This document shows, one piece after another, positions 1 through 12,600 of a stretch of 64,000 nucleotides of DNA. The number at the start of each line of letters is the position of its first letter. Position 1 is the stretch's first letter. The notes below the pieces were generated by a model. It was not told the DNA's origin, did no database searches, and worked only from the letters and a program-made list of their open reading frames with translations. This stretch comes from Octopus vulgaris (taxonomy: Eukaryota), in contig OX597826.1 in NCBI GenBank assembly GCA_951406725.2, positions 14,942,001 to 15,006,000 on the forward strand, written 5' to 3'. A program made the position numbers and the translations under genes.

Positions 1-87
1 TATGACAGACTATACTTGTCCTTTTTCATTGAGATGCAGCTTCAAAAGTACCAGACCAGTTGTAATCTTAATATTTCCCCGAAAGAA

Positions 88-300
88 GGGCGGCGAGCTG
101 GCAGAATCGTTAGCACGCCGGGCGAAATGCTAAACGGTATTTCGTCTGCCGTTACGTTCTGAGTTCAAACTCCGCCGAGGTCGACTTTGCCTTTCATCCT
201 TTCGGGGTCGACTTTACTTTTCATCTTTTCAGAGTCGATTAAACAAGTACCAGTTACGCACTGAGGTCGATGTAATCTACTTAGCCCCTTTGTCTGTTCT
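88..300 (+). mobile_element. tRNA-derived SINE, family 1
   Basis: Head GGCGGCGAGCTGGCAGAA (A-box-like), GAGTTCAAACTCC (B-box), core GCCTTTCATCCTTTCGGGGTCG; many near-identical copies in the window. Confidence 0.8.
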
Positions 301-308
301 TATATATA

Positions 309-397
<89 letters not shown>

Positions 398-468
398 ATA
401 TAATAATAATAATAATAGTAATAATAATAATAATAATGATAATAATAATAATAATAATGATAATAATA
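301..468. repeat. Compound (TA)n/(TG)n/(AAT)n microsatellite
   Basis: Read directly; explains the spurious YI/CV/N-rich ORFs. Confidence 0.95.
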
Positions 469-619
469 CAGGTGAAAAATTGAATATTAATTTGATTAAT
501 ATCAATTTAAAAACAGTGGTGTAGCATATTGAAAAATTTAAGGTTTCAGGAAAAAAATATATTACATACATATAAGAGGGATGGCTTGTAAGTGGACATC
601 CGTCTTATATGTATATGTG

Positions 620-678
<59 letters not shown>

Positions 679-1276
679 ACCTCTTAAAGAAAGCGTCATG
701 ATATTTTTTCTTTCTTCTTTTTCTTTTCTGACAGCTGAGAAGAAGAAAGTTAATCTCAAAAAAGAAACCAGGACCGAATTCTTGCGAAAGAATGAACAGA
801 ATAAAAGTATCCAAGGACCTTTATTTCCCCCTCTTCGTTCAGGTGGTGGTATTAAATCGAGCGATGAATTAAATTTACCACCCAAGAACTCAGAACATTA
901 GTAGCTTGAATAAATACCACCAAACCTCTCAGTATATCGTTGGTGGTGGAAATGTGAAAACCGTTGGCAGACTAATTAAGAAGATAGTGGGCTGACCGCG
1001 CAACAACCAATGGTAGTTGTATGAGAAAAAGAAGACATCAACTGAGATGAGGGCAAACTCAGGTGGTGCCCTCCCTCCACTACCACCACAGCTATCCTCG
1101 TTAGAGCCCACAAGGCTGACTATACATATCAATAACCTTACCTCGAAGTACCTGAATATCTAATCCTAACAGTTTGATGATAGGTGGTAAGTTACACGTC
1201 ACGTTGTCTAGAAACGCAAAGCTACAATGGAATTAAATATATCATTCTTGAGCGAGTGATCTACAATATTGTAATA

Positions 1277-2566
1277 TACGTTCAAAGCATATTCAAAATT
1301 TGGGCTTATAAAAAAAAAACAATTTTGTACATTTCACAACTTTATTTAATCACCTTCAAAATGCTCCCCTTGGAAGTTCACACACTTTTCCAAGCGGTCC
1401 TGCCACTGCTGGTAACACCTCTGGAACGCCTTCTCTGGAATGCTCAGGAGATCCATTGTTGCTATTCCCATAATTTCCTTTCACGACTAAAATCACTTCC
1501 CTTTCAGCGTAGTTTTCAGATTGGAAAAGAGCCAAATCTCACACGGTGCCAAGTCGGGAAAGCCTGCTGAACAAGTGTTACGTTGTTCTTGAATAGGAAA
1601 ATTTGGGTTTTGTGGACGGAATGAGCGGGCGCATTGTCGAGGTGAAGTTGCCCATATGTCCAGCCACTTTCGACGCACAATATCAGGAAGGCGATATATA
1701 ACCACCAAGTAGTATTCCTTATTGATTGATTGACCTTGTGGTGAGAATTCGTGATTCACAATGCCATGGGAGTCGACGAAACAGGTCAACATTACCCTCA
1801 AGTTGCTGCTAATCTCACGCACTTCTTTGAGCCTTGGTGCTAATGGATGCTTCCATTGGGAAGACTGGAACTTAGTTTCCAGGTCGTGACCATAAACCCA
1901 TGCTTCATCACCGGTGATGATGGTCTTCATGAAGTCTGGGTCGTAGTTTGCACAGTCCATTATGTCCTGAGCGATGTCCATGTGGAATTGCCTCTGCTGA
2001 ATTTCGCCGACGCTCTCCGCATGTACAAATTCTGCGTTAAAATGGAAGGCACCGATACTTCGCTTACTCCCAATTCATGAGAAATTTTCTGGATTGATAC
2101 AAAACGGTTTTCATGACAATTCGCCGAGCCTTTTCAATCGGATCCTCGTTTCGGGATGTGGATAGACTGCTTGAGCGTCCCTCGTCCTCTACATAGGCGT
2201 AGCCAAGTTTGAAGCGCTTGCACCACGCTTTGATCTGAATTTTGTCCACGGCGTCATCGCCAAAGGCCTGCTGAACATTCTCGTTGGTTTGAGCATGACA
2301 ATCACCAAGCTTTTGTCGAAATATGATACAATATCTCTACTTAATGCGTTCGGTTATCTTGCGTGAAAACGAAAATCCTACGAGCACGCACTACACGCCT
2401 GTACTCTAGGCGCAACAGCCGGGAACTAACGCGGTCTGCCGGCGCGAAAATTTCCGTTCATGCGCAGAAAGGGTGGTGTCATCTTCCACCCAAAGGATTT
2501 TGCCCAGGTGACATTAGTTGTGGCGGGAGAAAAAAAAAGTCGGATCCTTTTTGAACGCACCTCGTA
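1277..2566 (-). pseudogene. Decayed mariner (DD34D-type) transposon
   Basis: ORF 1493-1981 has TIITGDEAWVYGHD and PDLAPCEIWLFSNLK (YSPDLAP-like); ORF 2064-2249 resembles the N-terminal HTH region; terminus ...TTTTTGAACGCACCTCG-TA at 2566; frameshifted. Confidence 0.85.
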
Positions 2567-3594
2567 TACTCTACTACATTGTACTGTATTAAAATTCTGC
2601 TCTGCTACACTCGGTTGGTTGAAATAATTGACAAAATTGCAGTGACTTCATATTTTGACAAAAATCTACGAGGCTTAATGGTAGAAGCAAAGTTAAGGAA
2701 TGTTATTTCCAACAATGCAATGCGAGTGAATCTAAAACTGCAGTATTTCGATGATGCAAAAATGTTAAGAATAGTCATTCCACCGAGGTCGATTTCGTCT
2801 TTGTCTTTCGTCCTATCGCTGAGGGGTTGATGTAATCTCCTTGGGGTTAAACAACAACGGCTACAACGAGCCAAAGAAGGAACCTCTGAGTGGTCTCTTT
2901 CTATGATAAGAACTGTAGTCAAACTTCCCTTAAACCACATTATCACCTTTAAAAAAATAAGATATGAAATAATGGTTTCCTTGTGCCATAATTTGAAACT
3001 TATACCACTGCAACACTTGCACTGTCATCCCAACTATCACCATATACTGTCACGTGATCACTTGACTTGCTGGAAATAGTAACCAGTTTTCCCTTAGAAC
3101 ACACTTTACTGTCTTAAATAAAGACAGGACTCGAGATATTACATTCTTACATTGCTTAAATTGCTTTCAATCGTATGTCTATTTAATCTGGTGGCTTGAG
3201 GTTAAGCAACAACAACCAATACACTATTTTGAACCAGTGAAAGAACATCCTTTTAATCACCCAACCCGCTAGAAATAGAAACCAAATTTTACAATCTTAT
3301 AAAGAAAATGATGCATTGATTAATGTAATGGAAAATATGCAATACCTGGGCGAAAATGGGATGGTCATAGCTGGAACGCCTTTATTCATCGATCTGCTTA
3401 AAACAACATACACTAAGCTCACCTTCAAACACCAGTAGCATGAACAATAACGACCATCGAATGTTCGAAATGGCAGTCAACTCTCCCTCAAAGGGAAAAA
3501 GCTGTGAATGATCCCGCCCAAACTACGAACCTTCTCGTGGTGTTTCACAGTCGATTCAGGTAAGAGAGAGAGGAGAGATAGACATATAAAGAGG

Positions 3595-3656
3595 TAGGGA
3601 GAAGAAAGAAGGAAAGAAGGAAAGAAAGAAAGGACGAAAGAAAGAAAGAGAGATGG

Positions 3657-3698
<42 letters not shown>

Positions 3699-3836
3699 GA
3701 AAACAGGAAGAAAGAAAGAAAGAAATAAAGAAAGAAAGAGAGATGGAGAAAGAAAGAAAGAAAGAAAGAAAGGACGAAAGAAAGAAAGGAAGGAAAAGAG
3801 GAAGTAAGAAAGAAAGAAAGAAAGAAAGAGAGATGG

Positions 3837-3911
<75 letters not shown>

Positions 3912-4003
3912 AGGAAGGAAAACAGGAAGAAAGAAAGAAAGAAATAAAGAAAGAAAGAAAGATGGAGAAAGAAAGAAAGGACGAAAGAAAGAAAGAGAGA
4001 TGG

Positions 4004-4057
<54 letters not shown>

Positions 4058-4068
4058 GAAGGAAAACA

Positions 4069-4110
<42 letters not shown>

Positions 4111-4300
4111 GAGATGGAGAAAGAAAGAAAGAAAGAAAGGACGAAAGAAAGAAAGGAAGGAAAAGAGGAAGAAAGAAAGAAAGAAAGAAAGAAGAGAGAT
4201 GGAGAAAGAAAGAAATAAAGAAAGAAAGAAAGAAAGAAAGAAGGATGGAGAAAGAAAGAAATAAAAAATAAAGAAGGAGAAAACGAAGAAAGAAAGAAAT
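3595..4300. repeat. (GAAA)n-based polypurine satellite with higher-order units
   Basis: GAAA runs punctuated by recurring GAGATGGAGAAA, GGAAAACAGGAA and GGACGAAA motifs. Confidence 0.9.
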
Positions 4301-4883
4301 GTGACTACAAGTACTTTGATAGTATTATCAACATACGGAAGGCCGAAAAATGAAGCTGACGTCAGTTGGGTTTGAACTTACCAAAAGATATCGCACGGCG
4401 CACTTAGAAACAGATATCGCATGGCATTTAACCCTGCTACCCATAAAACCACGCTACCCTCACCACAGGGCCTCCTCCTCTACCTACAGCACAATCACCA
4501 CCAGTCGGACACGTGAGAGCATGAATGAAAACATCTACAGCGATAGCGAATGCTGTAGAATCCAGTCAGGGGTGGTGGGCGTGGGGAAAGATAAAACGAA
4601 CTTTAACAAAACAACAAGAAAATATGTTCCTTAAATGTTCTTTTGCTCAATATATCAACCAAGAGATTGTAGGTTCGATCGGCATCTCTGGCGCCGATAT
4701 CTTTTTTTGATGTAAAGTGTGTCGGAAATAGGAGCTGAGATGAAAGGTCGGAATTCGTTTGAAAACGTTGTCGCTCCCTTTTCATGTTGGCCTAAAATGA
4801 AGTCGGCAACTGACCACTGGTCAATTCCACTGTTTATGTGTTTATGTGTGGAGATGTGTATTCGTGTGTGTGCGTGTATGTGT

Positions 4884-5023
4884 GAGTCTGTGGAGGGTGT
4901 TTTATCTACCCGTTTGTGCTCGTGTGTATGTGGGAGTCTGTGGAGGGTGTTTTATCTACCCGTTTGTGCTCGTGTGTATGTGGGAGTCTGTGGAGGGTGT
5001 TTTATCTGCCTGTTTGTGCTCGT
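4884..5023. repeat. 50-bp minisatellite, about 2.8 copies
   Basis: TGGAGGGTGTTTTATCT recurs at 4891, 4941 and 4991. Confidence 0.9.
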
Positions 5024-5083
5024 CTGACCATAAGTGCGCGCAAATGTGTATGTATCAAACAGTGCATGCAGTATATTGTGTGT

Positions 5084-5116
<33 letters not shown>

Positions 5117-5166
5117 CGTGCGTGTGTCTGTGTGTGTGTCTGTGTGTTCGTGTTGTTTTTGTTCTT

Positions 5167-5450
5167 GTATTTGTCCTAGATTTACTATGATCAAGTGATT
5201 CAACTATTAAAAAAAAAGGCGTCCCAACCATAGCCATCCCGTATCCACCCAATATTTTGTATGATGGTTGCATTAACCAATGGATCCTCATATCTTTTTT
5301 AAGGCCCGTATTTGTCCTAGATTTACTATGATCAAGTGATTCAACTATTAAAAAAAAAAAGGCCTTCCAACCATAGCCATCCCGTATCCACCCAATATTT
5401 TGTATGATGGTTGCATTAACCAATGGATCCTCATATCTTTTTTAAGGCCC
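5167..5450. repeat. Tandem duplication of a 141-bp unit
   Basis: GTATTTGTCCTAGATTTACTATG...TTTAAGGCCC begins at 5167 and again at 5308; near identical. Confidence 0.9.
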
Positions 5451-5510
5451 CAAGCTATGTTTGAGGAAATTTTGGCTGCTATTTCTCACAGATCGAACGA
5501 CCATATAAAG

Positions 5511-5654
5511 CAGACATGGACAACCTTTTCCAAGAAACGGGCCGCATGAGACATGGAGCATCATTAGCCGGGCCGCATTTCTAGAAAAGTCTAAGGAATT
5601 TTTCTTTTGGAGTGCCATTGTGAAAGCCCCGCGGGCCGCAGTTTTCCATGACTG
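5511..5654. mobile_element. hAT-like MITE
   Basis: Imperfect TIRs CAGACATGGACAAC / GTTTTCCATGACTG with internal GGGCCGCA motifs; no clear TSD. Confidence 0.55.
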
Positions 5655-6429
5655 ACAGGCTCCAGCGTTGCCAAGTGTTTGTGGGTATGTTTGTGGTTAT
5701 GTGTGAGCGCATGCGCATATGTTCGAGGGGGAAATGCTGCTATTTTAATTCCAGGTAAACCCCGATTGAACTAATCTATGGCCTACATTGTTCTTCTGTT
5801 TGTGCTTTTTTCTGCTGTTTTTCTTGCACGCTGTAATCTAGGACTACAATGATGATGGCCGCTCCCGTCGATTTCGACGTATGAGTGTTTGAACGAGAGA
5901 GTGTAAAGAAAGAGACAGACAGACAGACAGACAGACAGAGACAGACAAACACACAGACAGAACAGCTTTAGAAAATAAAAAAAACAAAAGCTGCATCTAC
6001 TTGCAATTGGTGCAATGAAGGTGCAATGAAGGTGCAATTGGTGATTTTGATTTTGCCTGGGATTGAGCAAATGTGTCTGTACTATAATATTCAAATGTTA
6101 TATCGTAATTATTTTTTAAGATTTGCAATACGAGGGAGGTTCGCATGGCCACAGTCAAATGACTGAAATATGTAAAAGAGTATATATACACGTGCATGCA
6201 TAAGATCAAAAGACGCGAACGTGAAACTCGGGTTAAAATTTACACACACACACATACACACACACAGATAGACTGATTGATTGGCAGATAAATAAAAAAC
6301 ATTCATACATGTATGTGTGTATCTATCTATATATCTAAATGTACTCGGGCGGGCGCGCGCGCGTGTGTTTATAAGTTACGTACCCATAACTTATCAGATT
6401 GCCAAAACTGAACAATGGAATACGTATGT

Positions 6430-7100
6430 GGAAAGACTTCCGCCCGTTCTCCCACCCCACCCCATTTTCTCGCAAATTTGTTAATTAATTTTTTTTTTTT
6501 TTTTTCCAAAACCCACGTTTTCGGATACAGAGGTTCCGAAAAATTGCCAAAAATCGGCATTGTTAAATTATTTCCCCCTTTTCCACGTGAAATTCTTCAA
6601 TTTTGACTTTTTACCCCGACACTAACCCTAACCCAAATCCTAAAACCGTAACCCTAACCCTAACCCAAACCCTAAAACCCTAACTCTAACCCTAAACCTA
6701 ACCCTAAAACCCTAACTCGAACCGTAACTACAGAAATGTTTTGAAATTTTTGTCCGAATTATAATCCCCGTATTTTTCCCTATATTTAGAAACAAAATAA
6801 TTGTTAAAAAAAATTTTACAGAATTTTAAAAAAATTTTACAGAAATTAGAAAAAAATTTTTTTTTCAGAATCATAATCTTCGCATTTTTCTGCATTTAAA
6901 AAAAAAATTCTGAAAATCGTTAAAAAAATGAAGGAAATGTGTGGGTGGTAATTTAAAACGCTGATTTTTGCCAATTGTTTTGCAGATTCCTATTCCCCGA
7001 GGCCGAAAAGGAGGGGGGGGGTCGAAAAAAAATTTCAAAAACGGGTGGTTTTTGGTGGAGGACGGGTGGTTTTTGGTGGGGGACGGGCGGAAGTCTTACC
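6430..7100. mobile_element. Merlin-like MITE, family A, with internal telomere-like array
   Basis: TIRs GGAAAGACTTCCGCCCGT / ACGGGCGGAAGTCTTACC; 8-bp TSD ACGTATGT/AGGTATGT; degenerate (CCCTAA)n at about 6622-6730. Confidence 0.7.
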
Positions 7101-7232
7101 AGGTATGTATATATAACATACACATAAATATGTACATAAATGCAAACATATACACTCACACATATATATATGCATGAATGTATGCGAATACATATGTGCG
7201 TGTGGCGTGCGCATATGTGCGCATGCATGTAT

Positions 7233-7441
7233 TACTCTTTTACTCTTTTACTTGTTTCATTCATATGACTGTGGCCATGCTGGAGCACCGCCTTTAGTCG
7301 AGCAAATCGACCCCAGGACTTATTCTTTGTAAGCCCAGTACTTATTCTATCGGTCTCTTTGGCTGAACCGCTAGTGTGACGGGGACATAAACACATCAGC
7401 ATCGGTTGTCAAGCAATGCTAAGGGGACAAACACAGACACA

Positions 7442-7499
<58 letters not shown>

Positions 7500-7672
7500 A
7501 ATATACATATATACGACGGGCTTCTTTCAGTTTCCGCCTACCAAATCCACTCACAAGGCTTTGGTCGGCTCGAGGCTATAGTAGATAACACTTGCCCAAG
7601 GTGCCACGCAGTGGGACTGAACCTGGAACCATGTGGTTGGTAAGCAAGCTAATTACCACACAGCCACTCCTA
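7233..7672 (-). mobile_element. tRNA-derived CORE-like SINE, family 2, full length
   Basis: Minus-strand head GGAGTGGCTGTGTGGTAA, B-box GGTTCAGTCCC, CORE-like GGCACCTTGGGCAAGTGT, internal (TG)n, tail (GTAAAAGA)n. Confidence 0.8.
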
Positions 7673-7731
7673 CGTCTATGTATGCACAAGAACGACTAGA
7701 AAGAGAAAAAAAGATGAGCTGGATAGAGAAG

Positions 7732-7767
<36 letters not shown>

Positions 7768-8019
7768 ATGGATGAGAAGCATAATCTCTCTCTCCATTCA
7801 CACTCTGTCTCTCAGTTCCTACACACATTCTCCTCGCTTCGCACTCTTATCACCTCTTTCAATAAGACTCCCATCGCTTCATCTCACTGAAATATTTCAT
7901 CAAAGATGTAAAGCACCATTAAACAGACGATTAACAGGCAATGAGAGTGAGTAAGTGTGGTTTATAATACTGGAGTTGATAAAGAGACAAAGAATGCTGA
8001 TGATGCACACACACACACA

Positions 8020-9147
8020 AACAAATTTATTTTAATAAGGGGTAGGACCGCCTTTGGCAGTAATTACAGCTCGAATTCTTCACTTAAAACCGTGTCCAGG
8101 TCTTGTAGTGAAGATGATAGAGAGTATCGACTCCTTAATTTTTTTCTAAAATGCCCCATAAATGTTTAATAACATTGAGATCTGAGGACTGTGGGGGCCA
8201 GACAAGATATTCAACTTCACTAGAATGTTCCTCGTGCCATTTCAGTAACAACTTTAGCTGTGTGAATTGGTGCATTATCATCCAGAAAGATTGCGTTTCC
8301 CCCCGGAAACAGTTCCGCAAACATAGAATGAATTTGATTAGATAAAATGCTTAAATAGTCTTTACTATTAATTCTGCCATGAAGGGAAACCACTGGGCCG
8401 GCGGATTTCCAAGATATCGCCCCTCAGATCATCACAAATCCACCTCCATGTTTAACAGGTGGAAAAAGGCAATCTGGGTCAAATGCTTCTTTTGGCTGTC
8501 TCCACACGTATACTCAGCCGGTGGTCAGAAATAAGGTAAAAGATAACTCGTCCGCGAAAATAACATTTTCCACTGTTCTAGGGACCAATTCCGTAGGTTT
8601 TTACTCCACTCTAAACGCTTTGCAACGTTTGTTTTTGAAAGTAGGAGTTTTCTGATTGCAGCCCTCCTATGAAATCTGGCTTTGTGCAGTTCCCGACGAG
8701 CAGTTTTTGTGGAAACTGGGTTCTCGAGGTGGTCATTAAGCTCTGCAGTAATTTTGGGAGCTGTACTTTTGTGATACTTTCTAACAATTCGCGTAAGAAT
8801 CTGACGGTCCCTATCTAAAAGTTTTGGTTTTTTTCCGGAGTTTTGTTTCGACGAGGAGGTTTTTTCCCTCTTTCTTAAAGGCTGTCATTACTTCGAGTCA
8901 GTACGGCTTGATACACCAAACGTTTCGACTGTATTCGTTACGCTAGCGCTTGCCATATGAGCACCAAATAATTAGGCCTCTTTGAAAGTCCGACAGATCT
9001 GTTATTTTAATGAATTTTAGCAAAACATATTAAGCAACACTAATAATAAATCAGTAAACATAAAAATAAACAAGCTTTTGAAGGTTTTATAGAAATATCA
9101 AAATTACGATGGTATTATACTAGGTTTTCCATTATTTTGTCCGGCCA
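8020..9147 (-). pseudogene. Decayed Tc1-like transposon
   Basis: ORF 8135-8320 contains WPPQSSDLNVIKHLW (Tc1 WPxxSPDLNPIEHLW); DDNAPIH occurs in an adjacent frame; many disablements. Confidence 0.8.
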
Positions 9148-9192
9148 ATATATGTGTGTGGGTGTGGGTGAGGGTGTGTGTATGTGTGTGTA

Positions 9193-9234
<42 letters not shown>

Positions 9235-9341
9235 CGAGCAGAGTTTCTCATATATTGGAAGAAAAAAGCAAAATATGTTGTATAGAAAGTTCTTACTCTA
9301 AATTCAATTTATTCTTCAATTCAGAAATCAATTTTGAATTC

Positions 9342-9406
<65 letters not shown>
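9342..9406. repeat. (AAT)n microsatellite at the 3' end of the LINE array
   Basis: Pure AAT run directly abutting LINE copy A; the array's other flank is (AAT)n at 22080-22110. Confidence 0.95.
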
Positions 9407-9682
9407 CAATTCTTTTTTATTGGCCACAAGGGCTGACACGCATGATTACATAAAGGGACAAGACAGGACGAAAGGTTACAAAGGGTTTTGTCCGTTTGTT
9501 AAAAAAATCCGTGTAAAAAACTTTATAACAATGATTATTAAAACAATGAAAAACTCCCAAAAGGGGGAGACGTTTCGAAAGGTTCCTGGTGGAAAAAACT
9601 CTACAAAAGCTAACGGGAGCCTGGTCTAAAAAGGGGGTGTAGAGAGTCCCCTTTTTTTCTCCTTTGTATTACCTTTTTGAAA

Positions 9683-12600
9683 TCACAGGCGAAACCTGAG
9701 AACTGGTCCATTTATACAGGCCAGTCTCGCACAATTCACCCACCTTTCATAAAACTTGCTACCGGACAGCACTTTCCTCTCTAACCTCATCTTCCTTTTC
9801 AAGTGAAACTTGAAAATGTTGATGAGGCCTTGACCAAAGAGGAAAGTGTCTGTCTTTAGCCCTTTCAAACGAGTCCACCACACCACCTCTTTCGCCACAG
9901 CCACTAGGCACAAGAAAACGGCCTCGCCCTCCTTGTTAAAGGAGGTCGGCGGGGCAATCTTCACTATGGATTCGGCCGATAGTCGGATCCGTCCTACACG
10001 TGACAGTAGCTGTTCGACATAAACCCATATTTCAGCAATACTCGGGCACTGGACGAGTGCGTGCAGGACGGTTTCGTCGTCCTGGCAACACCTCGGGCAG
10101 GCCCGGCTGACGGCACTTCCGTGCCGGTAGAGTTTATCTCGAACAGGCAGAGCCCCTCGGTAGCACTGCCAGGCGAGAGACCTCTGGAAATTATCCATCG
10201 GCCCCGGCCCGAAAGTCCTCCCGAACAGACCGCTCAGTTCGTCGTCTTCAACGCCTAGAGTTTCCCCGAGAACGTCGTCGCATTTTTCCTCCACTAACCC
10301 TCTATAGAACGCTAGAGTGGAGCTGTAACCGACCGCATTGCCCGCCTGGCGGAGGGCGGAGAGGGCTTGACGGCACTCGAGGTGCCAAGCGCCCTTTCTC
10401 GGTCTACGTTTGATCCAGGTCTGCAGCTCCGTCAAAGAGACGAGCTGCGGAAAATCGCGTCTGACAAAAGACGACCACACCTGTTCACCGTCTAGGAAGC
10501 GCTTGAGATGCCGCAGCCTGAGCGCATGTCTGCGCAACAGCAACCACGGCATTCCAAGGCCTCCGTTCAGCGGTCGTTGACAGCAGATGGATCGCCTGAC
10601 CAGTGGCACCTGACCCTTCCACAAAAAGTCGAAGAGCAGGCGTACCAGCTTGGCCAACCAGCGGTCGGGACAAGGGACGACGGTCAAGCGGTAATAGATG
10701 ACGGATGCGATGTACGCATTCGCCACCTCCGCTCGACCTTTCAGGGACAGCTTCCTCTCGGCCCATTTCTGGGTGAGACGTGCCACCCTGCTCGTCACCT
10801 CTTCCCAGTTCTTATCCACCTGGAGGTCCGGACCGAACCAGACCCCGAGCAGTTTAACGGGTCCGTCTGTCCAGCGCCCTACGACGCTGTTGGACGGCAT
10901 GGGCTTGCCTCTCCAGGTGCCCAGTTGCAAGCCCACAGACTTTTCCGCGTTAATATTTGCCCCTGTCACCGCTTCGTACTGGTTTAGCGTCTCGCCAATC
11001 AGGCCAATGTGCCTGTGGCTCGACACCACCACGGTGACGTCGTCGGCATAAGCAGACACGCTGTTTCCGCCTCCTAGATCGCGCGGGATACCCCTCAAAG
11101 CCTCCAACTTGCGCAGTAATGGCTCGAGAGTCAAAATGTACAAGAGGGAGGAGAGAGGGCATCCTTGGCGGACCGAACGCGAGATGTCGAACGGTTCCGA
11201 AAGGTGACCGTTCACCCGTATCACCGAGCAGATGTTGCTGTATAAAGCAGCGATCCACCCGCGGAAGACTGGACCGAAGCCGGCTGCCTTGAGGACAGCT
11301 GCCAGGTACCGATGGTCGACTCTATCGAAGGCTTTACTCTGATCCAAGTTGATCAAAGCCCCACCCGCGCCAGCGTCGTTACCCACCCTCTCTATGATGT
11401 AGCGCATGACATGGAGGTTGTCGTGTATCGACCTGGTCGGCACGGCGCATGTCTGCGTCTTGCCGACCAGCTTGTCCACGACAAGCGCCAATCTCTTGGC
11501 TAGCACCTTGGCCAAAATCTTCAACTCTGCATTGAGCAGAGTGATGGGCCGGAAATTCCCTATAACGTCCCCCTTGTTTGGGTCCTTCTTTAGCAAAGCC
11601 ACCACCCCTCGACAGACAAAAGCAGGAATTCTCCCGTTTTGCTGCCAGTTGCAGTAGACGTTTGCCAACAGGTCCGCAAACAAGTCTGGCATTGAAAAGT
11701 AAAGCTCGTAGGGCAGACCATCCAAACCCGGCGATCTACCTCTCGTGCAACTCTTCATCGCTTCCTGTACTTCCCAGGCAGATATCGGTCCTTCGCAGCA
11801 CTCTGCCTCGCTGTCCGAGAGTTGCGGCAGTCCGTCCAGGTACACACCGAAGTCTGTACCGTTGGTGTCCGTTCCACCGCTCGTCCCAAACAGCTGAGCA
11901 AAGTGCCGCTGAAGCACCGTACACATCTGCTTCGGTTGGGTAACCTCGCGCCCGTTCTGGTCCACCAAAGACCGAATGGTTGCTCTGTTGCCTCGCTTCG
12001 CCTCCGCCACGCGGGCCCATCGAGCGGCTCTAGTCCCCTCCCCGCTTAGCGAACGTGCCTTAGCTCTGACAACGCAGCCTTCGTGTTTGGCGTCGAAGTG
12101 TTGGTCGAGGGCCAACCTTGCCGCCAACACGTCGGTCGCGATGCCAGTGTCAAGAGCCTCGTCTAGTTTCTTAACTAAATCCCGCTCTCTCTTCCTACGT
12201 TCAATAGCTAGAGTCTTACTATACCTAATCGACTCTACTCTAATTGCTCTCTTGAGGGCAAACCACCAGTTGTTGTTGATGATTGCCCCCGTGAGCGCCC
12301 GCTTAACTAGTAAACTAATCCGGTCTCTGTAAGCTTTGCACGCCGTTAACGACGCGTTCAGCTTCCAGTAGCCGGGTCCCTGTCTATGTAGCCTATCTAA
12401 GTCGACCGTACAGATCACTAATTTGTGGTCCGTATATTCGACTAGGTGGAATTGTGGACACCCTACGCTGTCCTTATCCGCTGGCCTACAAAACACTCTA
12501 TCTAAGTACGATCTAGACGACCCGATGCGGTTTGTCCAAGTCCACATTGGCACATTCGGGTTGTCTAGTCGAAACCTGTCGGACAGCTGAAAGCGGCCGA

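Noticed and set aside
88-180. tRNA gene suggested by A/B boxes
   Set aside because: SINE head continuing into core and tail; no complete cloverleaf
3653-4264. 203-aa KERK-rich ORF
   Set aside because: Translation of the GAAA satellite; no coding evidence
4884-5450. CRISPR-like periodicity
   Set aside because: Plain tandem duplications without unique spacers, in animal DNA
6622-6730. CCCTAA array as a telomere or fusion relic
   Set aside because: Degenerate and enclosed in a TIR/TSD-bounded MITE
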